A stretch of DNA of 64,000 nucleotides from Gemmatimonadota bacterium (GCA_034521595.1 JAXHMG010000003.1:736001-800000); one strand, 5' to 3'. Counted from the first letter of the stretch, positions 1-10,084 are shown. The notes: generated by a model not told the origin, from the letters alone. Made by a program: numbers and translations.

Positions 1-1
1 C

Positions 2-358
2 TATATCCACGCCGAAGGGTATCCCGCGGCGGAGATGAAGCATGGGCCGATCGCACTGATCGACGAGGACATGCCGGTCGTTGCGCTCGCTCCTCGTGAT
101 CCCGTGTATCACAAGGTCGTGTCCAACATCGAGGAGGTGAAAGCACGCCAGGGCCGGATTATCGCCGTCGTGAGCGACGATGCGCCGGAGCTCGAGGGCA
201 AGGTGGACCACATGATCCGGGTGCCGCAGACGATTCCGAGCCTGCTCCCCGTGCTGACGACCATCCCGCTCCAGCTGTTGGCCTACCATATGGCCGTGCT
301 GAAGGGCGCCGACGTCGACCAGCCCCGAAATCTGGCCAAGTCCGTCACGGTCGAGTGA
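2..358 (+). CDS. glmS: Glutamine--fructose-6-phosphate aminotransferase, C-terminal part (5' truncated by window)
   Basis: [21 protein letters not shown]...[15 protein letters not shown], the characteristic GlmS C-terminus. Confidence 0.97.
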   Translation, partial: YIHAEGYPAAEMKHGPIALIDEDMPVVALAPRDPVYHKVVSNIEEVKARQGRIIAVVSDDAPELEGKVDHMIRVPQTIPSLLPVLTTIPLQLLAYHMAVLKGADVDQPRNLAKSVTVE

Positions 359-792
359 GGGTTCTGCTCCAACGGGTGTCCCACGCCGAGGTGCGGGTCG
401 ACGGGGAGGCCGCGGGTGCCATCGGACGCGGTCTCCTTCTCCTGGTGGGATTCACCGACGGGGACGGCGAGGACGAGTTGGTGTGGATGGCCGACAAGGT
501 CGTCGGGCTCAGGGTCTTCCCCGACGACGAAGGGCGAATGAACCGCTCCGTGGCGGACATCGGAGGGGGGCTCCTGATCGTGAGCCAGTTCACGCTGTAC
601 GGTGATACACGGAAGGGTCGGCGGCCGAGCTTCGTGCACGCCGCGGACCCCGACCGGGCCGTGCCGCTGTACGAGCGCTTTGTCGCGCTCCTGAAGGAGC
701 GTGCGTCCAAGGTCGAGACCGGGGAATTCGGAGCGATGATGGATGTCGAGCTCGTGAACGAGGGACCGGTCACGCTGATGCTCGAGCGATGA
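355..792 (+). CDS. dtd: D-aminoacyl-tRNA deacylase
   Basis: MRVLLQRV start, [21 protein letters not shown] motifs; GTGA overlap with glmS. Confidence 0.96.
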   Translation: MRVLLQRVSHAEVRVDGEAAGAIGRGLLLLVGFTDGDGEDELVWMADKVVGLRVFPDDEGRMNRSVADIGGGLLIVSQFTLYGDTRKGRRPSFVHAADPDRAVPLYERFVALLKERASKVETGEFGAMMDVELVNEGPVTLMLER

Positions 793-1397
793 CGGCGCCT
801 CGCCTCGTGCTCGCCTCGGCGTCCCCGCGCCGCTTGGACATCCTCCGCCAGCTGGGTCTGGATCCGGAAGTGCGCCCGGCCGACGTCGATGAAAGCATGG
901 CTCCGGCGGAGGCTCCCAGCACCCACGTGCGCCGGCTCGCGCGAGAAAAGGCCGAGCGGATAGGCAGGGAGGCACCCGAAGCCCTCGTCCTCGCGGGCGA
1001 TACCGTGGTGGTGCGGGACGGAACCGTGCTCGGCAAGCCGACGACGCCGGAGGAAGCCACGGCCATGCTCGAGTCCTTGGCCGGCCGCACCCACGAGGTT
1101 CTGAGCGGCCTCGCCATTACCGGTCCGGCCGGCACGGTGGACGCGGTTACACGGACGACGGTGCGGTTCCGTGGCTTCGACCCGGAGCTGGCCATGCGGT
1201 ACGTGGGCACCGGCGAGCCGATGGACAAGGCGGGGGCTTACGGCATTCAAGGATTCGGGGCCGCCCTGGTCGAAGAGGTGTCGGGTGACTACTACTCGAT
1301 CGTGGGGTTGCCCGTCCCGGCGCTGATCCGCCTCCTGGAACGGTGCGGATGGCGCTACGCGTTCGGGACACTCGAACGGATCGATCCGGTGGGTTGA
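789..1397 (+). CDS. maf: Maf family nucleotide pyrophosphatase
   Basis: [38 protein letters not shown]. Confidence 0.95.
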   Translation: MTAPRLVLASASPRRLDILRQLGLDPEVRPADVDESMAPAEAPSTHVRRLAREKAERIGREAPEALVLAGDTVVVRDGTVLGKPTTPEEATAMLESLAGRTHEVLSGLAITGPAGTVDAVTRTTVRFRGFDPELAMRYVGTGEPMDKAGAYGIQGFGAALVEEVSGDYYSIVGLPVPALIRLLERCGWRYAFGTLERIDPVG

Positions 1398-1449
1398 TCC
1401 GCGTCCATCCGCACGTTCAGCATGTTCCCACCGAACCCGGGAAGCGCAC

Positions 1450-2949
1450 ATGAGCACGTCCGCCATTCTCGCCATCGATCAGGGGACCACCGGCACCACG
1501 TGCATGGTGGTCGGACAGGAAGGCAACGTGCTGGCGCGGGCCTATTCGGAGTTCAGGCAGCACTTTCCGAAGTCCGGCTGGGTCGAGCACGACGCCTCGG
1601 AGATCTGGGAGGTGACCCGCACGGTCGCACGGGAGGCGCTGGCCGAAGGCCGCGAGGCGGATGTGCGGGGGATCGGCATCACCAATCAGCGTGAAACCGT
1701 GGTCGTGTGGGACCGCGAGACTCTCGAGCCGGTCCACAACGCGATCGTGTGGCAGGACCGACGGACCACGCCGATCTGTCGGGAGCTCGAGCGGGGCGGG
1801 CATGCGGCCGAGCTCCGGGAGCGGACCGGCCTGATCATCGATCCCTACTTCTCGGGCACGAAGGTGACGTGGCTGTTGCGGGAGCGCCCGGAGCTCAGGG
1901 TGCGTGCCGAAGCCGGTGAGCTCGCGCTCGGGACGGTCGACGCCTGGCTCATCGCACGGCTCACCGGGGGGCGCGTGCACGCCACGGACCCGACCAACGC
2001 CTCCCGCACGATGCTCTACGACCTGCGTGAGCACCGGTGGGATCCCTGGGCTCTCGACCTGCTGGAGGTGCCATCGGCCATGCTCCCCGAGGTCCGGGCG
2101 AGCGCCGGGAAGTTCGGGGTGGCCGGTGGCGATCACCTCGGGATCGAGGCCCCGATCGCCGGTGTGGCCGGCGATCAACAGGCGGCGCTCTTCGGGCAGG
2201 GGTGCTGGGAACCCGGAGCGGCCAAGAATACCTACGGGACCGGGTCGTTCCTCCTGCAACACACCGGGCAGGAGCGGGTCGTTTCCCGCCACGGCTTGCT
2301 CACCACCGTCGCGTGTGATGCCGAGGGCAAGTCCGCGTATGCCCTCGAGGGATCGATCTTCATCGCCGGCGCGGCGATTCAATGGATCCGGGACGGCCTC
2401 GGATTGCTCGCGGAGGCCGCCGAGTCGGAGGAGCTCGCGCGTTCGGTGTCCGACAACGGAGACGTGTACTTCGTGCCGGCGTTCGTGGGAATCGGAGCCC
2501 CCCACTGGGAGCCCGACGCGCGCGGCATGATCGTGGGCCTCTCGCGGGGAGCGACACGGGCGCACCTGGTGCGGGCCGCCCTGGAGGCGATGACGTACGG
2601 GACGGCCGAGGTTTTGGAGGCGATGGAAGCCGATTCGGGTGTCGTCGCTCCCGAGTTGCGGGTCGATGGAGGTGCCGCGACCAACGACTGGATGATGGAG
2701 TACCAGGCGGGGATCCTCGACCGGCCGGTGCGTCGCCCCGCCATGCCCGAAACCACGGCCCTGGGCGCGGCGGGCTTGGCGGGCATCGCTACCGGAGTGT
2801 GGTCGGACGCCGCCGAGTTTCTGGAGGCGCAAGCCGAACCCGATCGGTTCGAGCCCCGGCTCGCACCCGCGCAGCGACGCCACGCCATGGCACAGTGGCG
2901 TCGAGCCGTGCGGGCGGCGGTTCGCTGGGCCAACGACGTCCCGTCATGA
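1450..2949 (+). CDS. glpK: Glycerol kinase
   Basis: AIDQGTTGT, GITNQRET, AIVWQDRRT, DPYFSGTK, GDQQAALFGQ, KNTYGTG, VDGGA. Confidence 0.97.
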   Translation: MSTSAILAIDQGTTGTTCMVVGQEGNVLARAYSEFRQHFPKSGWVEHDASEIWEVTRTVAREALAEGREADVRGIGITNQRETVVVWDRETLEPVHNAIVWQDRRTTPICRELERGGHAAELRERTGLIIDPYFSGTKVTWLLRERPELRVRAEAGELALGTVDAWLIARLTGGRVHATDPTNASRTMLYDLREHRWDPWALDLLEVPSAMLPEVRASAGKFGVAGGDHLGIEAPIAGVAGDQQAALFGQGCWEPGAAKNTYGTGSFLLQHTGQERVVSRHGLLTTVACDAEGKSAYALEGSIFIAGAAIQWIRDGLGLLAEAAESEELARSVSDNGDVYFVPAFVGIGAPHWEPDARGMIVGLSRGATRAHLVRAALEAMTYGTAEVLEAMEADSGVVAPELRVDGGAATNDWMMEYQAGILDRPVRRPAMPETTALGAAGLAGIATGVWSDAAEFLEAQAEPDRFEPRLAPAQRRHAMAQWRRAVRAAVRWANDVPS

Positions 2950-3112
2950 GGCTCGGCACGGATCGACCGGAGGTCTCGGGGTTATCAATACACGAGGTGA
3001 GTTCGAGCCGTCAGGGGCCGGCCGTAGGGGATTTCCCGGACTGGTTCCTCGGAACGATGAGTCGCTAGATTTCACCCACGTTCGAGTTCGACCCTTCGGG
3101 GAGGAAGCAGAT

Positions 3113-3532
3113 ATGAAGCACGGTCGTTTCATGGTGGGCCTGGTCGGTGTCGCCGCCGTCGTGACGTACCTGGTCTGGACGGGGGTGAGTAGCACGATGG
3201 TCTACTACTTGACCCCGGTCGAGCTCGCCGAGCGCATCGAAGAGGATCCGAGCTTCCGCGAGCTGGGCGTGAAGATCAGCGGCAAGGTCGTGCCCGGTAC
3301 GTACGAACGGGTGGAAGGGGAATTGTTGCACCGGTTCACGATCCATGACCTCGAGGACGAGTCCGTGCGCTTTCCGGTGGAGTGGCGGGACGCCCTTCCC
3401 GACACCTTTTCGGAAGACGTGGAAGTCGTCGTCGAGGGCCGTCTCAACGAGGACGGCGTCTTCGAAGCCACCACGCTCCTGACGAAGTGCGGTAGCCGGT
3501 ACGAAGCGGCACCGGAGGATCTGGCAAGGTGA
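3113..3532 (+). CDS. ccmE: Cytochrome c maturation heme chaperone CcmE (CxxxY type)
   Basis: N-terminal TM, YYLTP, LPDTF..VVVEG, LLTKCGSRY; SD GAGGA upstream. Confidence 0.92.
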   Translation: MKHGRFMVGLVGVAAVVTYLVWTGVSSTMVYYLTPVELAERIEEDPSFRELGVKISGKVVPGTYERVEGELLHRFTIHDLEDESVRFPVEWRDALPDTFSEDVEVVVEGRLNEDGVFEATTLLTKCGSRYEAAPEDLAR

Positions 3533-5604
3533 CGGTCCTCGGCGAGTTCGCGCTGTGGATCTCCCTCCCGGTGGCGCTGTGGGGGATGTTCCTGGGCTTC
3601 GCCGGAGGACGGACACAGCGCGGTGACCTGGTCCTCAGCGCCGAGCGAAGCATCTATGCGGTGTTTCTGCTCCACGTCGTGGCGTCCATCGGCATCATCG
3701 CCGCCTTCGTAGGCGACAAGTTCCAGTACTGGTACGTCGCGAGCTATTCGAACCGGCAGCTCGAGCTCTTCTACAAGGTGACCGGCCTCTGGGCCGGACA
3801 GAGGGGCTCGCTCCTGTTCTGGGCCCTCTTGCTCGGGTTCTTCGCCTGCGTTGCGGTGTTCACCAACCGCAAGAAGAACCGTGAGTTCATGCCGTACGTC
3901 GCGGGCGTGCTGCAGACGATCCTCGCGTTCTTCATCGTCGTGCTGCTGTTCGCCAACGTGAATCCCTTCGAGCAGCTCGACTTTGTCCCCGCGAACGGCC
4001 AGGGGCTGAATCCGCAGCTCCAGAACTACTGGATGACGATCCACCCGCCCACCCTCTATCTTGGCTTCACGGCGTTCGCGATTCCGTTCGCTTTCGCGGT
4101 GTCGGCCTTGTTGAGCGGCCGGCTGGATGCTCGGTGGATCCAACTCACCCGAAGGTGGATCCTGACGAGTTGGCTGTTCCTGTCCGTGGGCATCGTCTTC
4201 GGTATGCGCTGGGCGTACGAGGAGCTCGGCTGGGGCGGTTATTGGTTCTGGGATCCGGTGGAGAACGCGTCGCTCCTTCCGTGGCTGACGGCCACCGCGT
4301 TCCTGCATTCGATCCAGATCCAGGAAAAGCGGGGCATGTTGAAGGTCTGGAACATGTCCCTCGTGCTCCTGACGTTTTTGCTCACCCTCTTCGCGACGTT
4401 CCTGACGCGGGCCGGGCTCATCGAGTCGGTGCATACCTTCGCCGAGAACCTGAGGATTGCTACCATCTTCCTCGGGGGGATGACGGCGGTGCTCGGGGCG
4501 TGCATCGTGCTCATCATCTACCGGCTGCCTCAACTTCGCAGTGACAATCAGATCGAGTCGTTCTTCTCACGAGAGTCGGCGTTCCTCTTCAACAACTTGA
4601 TGCTCGTGGGCGCGGCCTTCGCGGTCATGTGGGGAACCATGTTCCCTCTCATCAGCGAGGGGATTACCGGCCAGGAGATCAGCGTCGGACCGCCCTTCTT
4701 CGAGCGCGTCAACTTCCCGATCGGCCTTGCATTGCTGACTCTCGTGGGCATCGGGCCGGTCATCGCGTGGCGGCGGGCGACGAAGAAGAACCTGCAGCGA
4801 AACTTCATGACGCCCGTCATCGTGGGCTTGGTCGTCGCGGCCGGGTTGTGGCTCGCCGGGGCTCGACACGGTTTGGCGCTGGTCACGTGGAGCATCAGCG
4901 CGTTCGTCCTGACGATCATCGCGACGGAGTTCTGGAAGGGGACGAAGGCGAGGGCGCGCATCGAGGGCGAGGGTCTGCTGAACGCTTTCTTCCACCTCGT
5001 GACCCGGAATCGCCGCCGGTGGGGCGGCTACATCGTCCACGTCGGATTCGTGGTCATGGTCATGGGATTCGCCGGAGCCGGCTACAACGTCGATACTCGG
5101 CACCACGTCATGCCCGGGGACGTCGTCGAGGTCGATTCACCGCTGGGTCACACGTACGAGTTGACGTACGAGGGGCTCTCGGTTTCACGTGCCAATGGAC
5201 AGCGTAACCTCCTGTGGCAGATGATCGCCACCGTTTCGGTGCGGCGGGACGGCCAGGCGGCCGGGATCCTCAACACCGAGAAGCGTCAGTACGTGACGAG
5301 CGAGCAGATGATGACCGAGGTCGGCATCCGTTCCACGCCGATGGAAGATCTCTACCTGATCCTTTCCGCGGTCGACGACCCCCAGGCTGCGCTGAGCGCC
5401 GACTCCTCCGCGCAGGGAATCGACTTGCAGGTGCTCATCAAGCCGCTGGTGGGGTGGATCTGGTTCGGAACGCTGCTGCTCGTCATCGGGACGGTGATCG
5501 CGCTCTGGCCGAACGCGGCCCGGGGACGCCCGGCGGAGACGACCACGACCGGGTCGGCTCCACGGCCCGATCCGGCTCCGGAGCCGGTCGGCTCCACGGG
5601 CTGA
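3529..5604 (+). CDS. ccmF: Heme lyase CcmF/NrfE family
   Basis: GLNPQLQN, IHPPTLYLG, WAYEELGWGGYWFWDPVENAS (WWD domain), SVHTF. Confidence 0.96.
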   Translation: MTVLGEFALWISLPVALWGMFLGFAGGRTQRGDLVLSAERSIYAVFLLHVVASIGIIAAFVGDKFQYWYVASYSNRQLELFYKVTGLWAGQRGSLLFWALLLGFFACVAVFTNRKKNREFMPYVAGVLQTILAFFIVVLLFANVNPFEQLDFVPANGQGLNPQLQNYWMTIHPPTLYLGFTAFAIPFAFAVSALLSGRLDARWIQLTRRWILTSWLFLSVGIVFGMRWAYEELGWGGYWFWDPVENASLLPWLTATAFLHSIQIQEKRGMLKVWNMSLVLLTFLLTLFATFLTRAGLIESVHTFAENLRIATIFLGGMTAVLGACIVLIIYRLPQLRSDNQIESFFSRESAFLFNNLMLVGAAFAVMWGTMFPLISEGITGQEISVGPPFFERVNFPIGLALLTLVGIGPVIAWRRATKKNLQRNFMTPVIVGLVVAAGLWLAGARHGLALVTWSISAFVLTIIATEFWKGTKARARIEGEGLLNAFFHLVTRNRRRWGGYIVHVGFVVMVMGFAGAGYNVDTRHHVMPGDVVEVDSPLGHTYELTYEGLSVSRANGQRNLLWQMIATVSVRRDGQAAGILNTEKRQYVTSEQMMTEVGIRSTPMEDLYLILSAVDDPQAALSADSSAQGIDLQVLIKPLVGWIWFGTLLLVIGTVIALWPNAARGRPAETTTTGSAPRPDPAPEPVGSTG

Positions 5605-5617
5605 CGCCGACCGTCCG

Positions 5618-6076
5618 GTGGGTTCCGTGACCTTGTTGATCGGAGTTGCGCTGGTGAGCGCGGCCGTGATCCTCTTCATCATCCAGCCGGTGGTGAAGGG
5701 GCTTCACGCTTCGCTCGAACGCGAGGACGACGAGCTGACCGACACGGAGGCCCGCAAGCGCGTCGCGCTTCTGGCCCTGCGTGACGTGGAGTACGACTAC
5801 CTTGCCGGGAAGCTCGACGAAGAGGATTACCGGTCCATGAAGAGCGAGCTCACCGCGGAGGCGTTGGCGGCCCTCGAAGAGGACGAGAAGGCACGTTCCG
5901 CGGGGACGGGGACCGCGACTGCTTCGTCGGCCGACGATCTGGAAGCCGAGATCGCCCGGATCCGTGAGCACATCAGGAGTGGGCTCGTGTGCGACGCGTG
6001 CGGCTACGAGAACGAGGAGGGGAGCCGGTTCTGCTCTTCGTGCGGCTCGGCGCTCGGCGGTCGGGCCGTCGGCTGA
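5618..6076 (+). CDS. CcmI-N-terminal-like membrane protein with C-terminal zinc ribbon
   Basis: N-terminal TM, LRDVEYDYLAGKLDEEDY helix resembling CcmI/CycH N-domain, CDAC-x10-CSSC; start may be 5627. Confidence 0.7.
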   Translation: MGSVTLLIGVALVSAAVILFIIQPVVKGLHASLEREDDELTDTEARKRVALLALRDVEYDYLAGKLDEEDYRSMKSELTAEALAALEEDEKARSAGTGTATASSADDLEAEIARIREHIRSGLVCDACGYENEEGSRFCSSCGSALGGRAVG

Positions 6077-6087
6077 GCGCTCGCTCC

Positions 6088-6858
6088 GTGGCGGAATCTC
6101 TTCGAACCTCGGACCCCGCTACCGTGGACCGGCCGAACGGCTCTCCGGCGCCGGTGTTGGAGGCGTCGGGGCTCGTCCGGGAATACGGTCCCGTCGTGGC
6201 CGTGGCAGGGATCGACGTCTCGCTCGTGCCGGGTGAGTTCCTCACCATCTTCGGTCCCAATGGAGCGGGGAAGTCGTCGTTGCTCGGGATGTTGGCGGGC
6301 GCGCTCCGTCCGACGGCGGGGACGGTCCGCATTCGGGGGGACGCGATCGATGCGGGGGGAACGGAGTGGCGTCGGCATGTCGGCGTGCTTTCGCATCGGG
6401 GCTTCCTCTACCACCAGCTTACCGTCCACGAGAACCTCCGCTTCTACGGCATGCTCTTCGGCGTCCCCGACCTCGACCACCGTATCGATGCACGGCTCCG
6501 GCAAGTGGGGTTGGACCGGCGCGCCGCCGTCCGGGTGCAAGCGCTCTCGCACGGCATGCGTCAGCGGCTTTCGCTCGCGCGTGCGTTGCTCCACGACCCG
6601 GCCCTGGTCTTGCTCGACGAGCCGTACACGGGCTTGGACCCCTCCGCCGCGGCCCTGCTACGCGACGTGCTGATGGAGCTGCGGGACGGACATCGCACGG
6701 TGGTCATGGTCACGCACAACCTGCGGGAAGGGCTCGAGCTGGCGACGCGTGTGGCGATCCAGGTCGGGGGGCGTTTCGCCTGGGAGGGATCGGTGGAGGG
6801 GTTGATCCGCTCGGACTTCGAACGTTTCTACCACGAGGTCGTGGAGGAGCGGTCGTGA
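6088..6858 (+). CDS. ccmA: Heme ABC exporter ATP-binding protein CcmA
   Basis: Walker A GPNGAGKS, LSHGMRQR signature, LLDEP; position before ccmBC; start uncertain (6088 or 6124). Confidence 0.88.
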   Translation: MAESLRTSDPATVDRPNGSPAPVLEASGLVREYGPVVAVAGIDVSLVPGEFLTIFGPNGAGKSSLLGMLAGALRPTAGTVRIRGDAIDAGGTEWRRHVGVLSHRGFLYHQLTVHENLRFYGMLFGVPDLDHRIDARLRQVGLDRRAAVRVQALSHGMRQRLSLARALLHDPALVLLDEPYTGLDPSAAALLRDVLMELRDGHRTVVMVTHNLREGLELATRVAIQVGGRFAWEGSVEGLIRSDFERFYHEVVEERS

Positions 6859-7535
6859 GCCTGTACATGCGTCAGGTCTGGGCCGTCGTTTGGAAGGATG
6901 CTCTCCTGGAGCTTCGCACTCGGGAGCGGCTGGTGGCCATGGGCGCGTTCGCCGTCCTCGCCGCGGTGCTGTTCAATTACTCGATCGACACCGCCGTGGT
7001 GCGCCCGCAAGATGTCGCAGCGGGACTGGTCTGGATGACCATCGTCTTTGGAGGGTTGCTCGGCATCGGACGCACGTTCCATTTGGAGGCGCAGGACGAC
7101 GCCCTGCAGGGTGTGCTGACGTCGCCCGCTCCGAAGGACGCGGTCTTTCTCGGGAAGGCCTTCGCCAACTTCGTGTTGCTCTATCTCGTGTCGCTTCTGG
7201 TGCTCGGTGTCTTCACGCTCTTCTTTGGACTCGATCTGGGCTCCAACCTCGGGGGCCTCACGCTGTCCCTGGGTCTGGGCGCGCTCGGCTTCGTCTCGTT
7301 GGGCACGCTCTTTTCCGCTGTGACGGCGGGTACGCGGATGGGGGAGACGCTATTGCCGATCCTCGTTTTTCCGCTACTTGTTCCCGTGGTTATCTATGGT
7401 GTCGGGGCAACGAGCCGACTGCTCGCGAGCCGACCGTTGTCGGAGGTCGCGGGGAGCCTGAGGATGTTGGCCGCCTTCGCGGTCGCGTCCCTGGCGGTGG
7501 GTGCGGTGCTCTTTCGTTTCGTGGTGGAGGATTGA
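6855..7535 (+). CDS. ccmB: Heme exporter membrane protein CcmB
   Basis: WKDALLELRTRE, multiple TMs, LLPILVFPLLVPVVI; GTGA overlap with ccmA. Confidence 0.9.
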   Translation: MSLYMRQVWAVVWKDALLELRTRERLVAMGAFAVLAAVLFNYSIDTAVVRPQDVAAGLVWMTIVFGGLLGIGRTFHLEAQDDALQGVLTSPAPKDAVFLGKAFANFVLLYLVSLLVLGVFTLFFGLDLGSNLGGLTLSLGLGALGFVSLGTLFSAVTAGTRMGETLLPILVFPLLVPVVIYGVGATSRLLASRPLSEVAGSLRMLAAFAVASLAVGAVLFRFVVED

Positions 7536-8236
7536 TGTCGATTTCCGGTATGAGACGGGCGGGAACCACGCTGGCCGTGCTCGGATTGCTCGGTCTCGTC
7601 GGAGTGTACTGGCTGTCGTTCTTCTGGGTGCCGACGGAAGCCACGCAGGGAATAGCCCAGCGGATCTTTTACGTGCACGTCCCGGCGGCCTGGACGGCTT
7701 TTCTCGCGTTCGGCTTGTCCGCTCTGACGAGCGGAATGTACCTGTGGCTGCGGGACGAGCGGCTCGATCGTGCCGCGCTCGCGGCCGCGGAAGGGGGGAT
7801 GGTCTTCGCGACCATCATGCTCATGACCGGTCCACTCTGGGGGAAGATCGCGTGGGGCACCTTCTGGACCTGGGAGCCGCGTCTGACGCTGACCCTACTC
7901 CTGTGGTTCATCTTTCTCGGGTACTTCATGGTAAGGAGCTCGACCGAGAACCCGGAGAAGGGAAAACGTTTCGCGGCCGTGGTGGCGATCGTCGGTGCGT
8001 TGGACATTCCGTTCATCCATCTGAGCGTGCTCTGGTTCCGCTCGTTGCACCCGCAGCCCGTGGTCGTAAAGCCCGAGGGACCCACTCTGCCCGGGGACAT
8101 GCTGACTCTTCTGCTCACGAGCTTGGCCGTGTTCACCGTGCTGTTCTTCGGCCTCTTTCTCCTGCGCTATGCGCTCGAGGGCCTGCGCGCCGGTCTCGAC
8201 GAGCGCACGCGCCGCGTTTCCGCACTCAGCACATGA
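7535..8236 (+). CDS. ccmC: Heme exporter protein CcmC
   Basis: RIFYVHVPAAW, GPLWGKIAWGTFWTWEPRLT, SVLWFRSLHP. Confidence 0.94.
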   Translation: MSISGMRRAGTTLAVLGLLGLVGVYWLSFFWVPTEATQGIAQRIFYVHVPAAWTAFLAFGLSALTSGMYLWLRDERLDRAALAAAEGGMVFATIMLMTGPLWGKIAWGTFWTWEPRLTLTLLLWFIFLGYFMVRSSTENPEKGKRFAAVVAIVGALDIPFIHLSVLWFRSLHPQPVVVKPEGPTLPGDMLTLLLTSLAVFTVLFFGLFLLRYALEGLRAGLDERTRRVSALST

Positions 8237-8487
8237 TGATTCCCATGACGACCCGTCCCTACGCCTTGCTCCAACTGGTGGCCGTGACTCTTCTCGTCCT
8301 GGCCACGTCCGAGCCGGCCTGGGCTCAGGAAATGCCGGGATTGCCGTCGAGTGGTCTCGCGCAGCAGAGCCTCCGACCGTACTGGCACGTGTTCATCGCC
8401 TATGCCATCGCGATCGTCCTCGTGCTCGGCTGGGTAGTGTCGATCTCGCGACGCCTCAAGGACGTTGAAGAACGCTTGAAGGAATAG
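8233..8487 (+). CDS. ccmD: CcmD-family small membrane protein
   Basis: Directly after ccmC; VFIAYAIAIVLVLGWVVSISRRLKDVEERLK (TM plus charged tail); N-terminal signal-like extension. Confidence 0.7.
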   Translation: MMIPMTTRPYALLQLVAVTLLVLATSEPAWAQEMPGLPSSGLAQQSLRPYWHVFIAYAIAIVLVLGWVVSISRRLKDVEERLKE

Positions 8488-8493
8488 CGAGGC

Positions 8494-10032
8494 ATGTCGC
8501 GGTCGCGTGTTCTTGCCTTGGCGCTGGCCGGGTTCGTCGTGTGTGTGCCGATGCCCCCGACACTGGTGGCTCAAGCGCCCACGATGGGGAGCACGCTGCG
8601 GTACGGATCCGGGCTCCTCGACAACCCGGTGTCCTCGGTTCTCCCCCACCTGACGATCAGGGGCACGTACTCCGGATTCTGGGCCGACTTGGACCGCCGA
8701 ATGCGGATCGACGATGAGGGCGGTGTCGCGGGTTTCGATCCGGGTGGGCGCGAGTACCACGCCGACGCGGCGCTCACCGTGGGCCTGTTCGACAGAGCCG
8801 AGATGGGGCTTTCGGTTCAATCGTTGGGCGCTCCGTCCTCGGGTGGGGACGTGTGGGGACTCTTCGGCCGGATGCGGCTCTTCCATCCCGTCGACCAGGG
8901 AATCGGCTTGGCCGTCGGCGGCCGTTATCTGACACGGCCGGACTTCGGGGACGGAAGCAGCCGGGCCCCCGGGCGATTGGGTCTCGCCGACCCCCGTCTG
9001 CGGAAGACATACGCGGAGTCGGACCGTCCGATGCGGACCCGCACGACTCTGTACGGAGTCGCGACGGCGTACCTGAGGGGCTTCGACGGGGGGCGTCTCC
9101 CCGAGAACGATCTTACCCTCTCGCTCGGTTGGGGGAGCGGGCTGTTCCGGGAGAACGCGAGCGAAGCGTTGTATGGTGAAAGCTCGAACGGTTGGTTCGC
9201 AGGGGCGTCCTCACATTGGAGCCTCGGTTCTTCCTCCGTCCTCATCCTCATGGCCGAGCACAACGGCTTCGATGTCAACGTCGGGGCTCAAGTCGACGTG
9301 AGCGGCGTCCGTGTCGGAGTGCACTACCTCGGTGCCAACCACCCACGTCCGACCGGTGGGTACGCGTCGCCCTACAAGGCGCCGAAGCTCGGAGTGCTGG
9401 CTTCGATCTCCGTGTGTCCGGAGGCTACCGGGCTGCGGTGCGGTCCGCGCACGATGGAGCGTGTGGAGCCCGACACGGTGCGGATTCCCCCGCCGCCCCC
9501 GGATACCGTGCGCGTCGGGACCGCTGCCCTTCCGAGCCTTCGGGGCCAGCCGGACCGGGTGTGCCTCTCCACCGGCCAGAGCGTGCCGATCCGCGTGACG
9601 GCCACCGCCGACACCCTCGTGGGCGCGGCCGCGACGCCCATCGGGGAACTCCGACCCACGGTCGAGTTCGCCGGGACGTACGCTGGCGGAGCGGGGTGGT
9701 TCGTCTCGGGAGAGGACGTCGTGTTCGAGGACCGGGTGTTCCGGAAGAGCGAGGACGCGTTCCCGATCGACTGCGGGGAAATCCTCCGTGTCGGCACGCA
9801 CGAGGGTGTTCCCGTCTTCGCGGACCGTGCGGCGATCCGGCCTCTCGAGGTGTTGTTCATACCGGTTCGCGTCGGCCTTTGGCAGCGCTACGAATGGGCT
9901 CCCGGTCGGGACGTGAGCTATTCACGAGCAGGTGAAGGGTTCCGCGCGATTCCCTCCGCGCCCGGTCGTCACTATCGTGGGCGCTTCTCCCCGAATGGCT
10001 TCGTTCGTCCGGTACGCGCCGATGGCGGGTAA
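8494..10032 (+). CDS. Secreted/outer-membrane hypothetical protein (beta-strand-rich N-domain, Pro linker, small C-domain)
   Basis: Signal peptide ending ..LVAQ; amphipathic strands ending AEHNGFDVNVGAQV (YjbH-like); PPPPPDT linker. Confidence 0.65.
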   Translation: MSRSRVLALALAGFVVCVPMPPTLVAQAPTMGSTLRYGSGLLDNPVSSVLPHLTIRGTYSGFWADLDRRMRIDDEGGVAGFDPGGREYHADAALTVGLFDRAEMGLSVQSLGAPSSGGDVWGLFGRMRLFHPVDQGIGLAVGGRYLTRPDFGDGSSRAPGRLGLADPRLRKTYAESDRPMRTRTTLYGVATAYLRGFDGGRLPENDLTLSLGWGSGLFRENASEALYGESSNGWFAGASSHWSLGSSSVLILMAEHNGFDVNVGAQVDVSGVRVGVHYLGANHPRPTGGYASPYKAPKLGVLASISVCPEATGLRCGPRTMERVEPDTVRIPPPPPDTVRVGTAALPSLRGQPDRVCLSTGQSVPIRVTATADTLVGAAATPIGELRPTVEFAGTYAGGAGWFVSGEDVVFEDRVFRKSEDAFPIDCGEILRVGTHEGVPVFADRAAIRPLEVLFIPVRVGLWQRYEWAPGRDVSYSRAGEGFRAIPSAPGRHYRGRFSPNGFVRPVRADGG

Positions 10033-10084
10033 GTCCCGCGCACGACCCGGCGCCCCTTCAGCATCGAACCCGAGGATCCGATTC

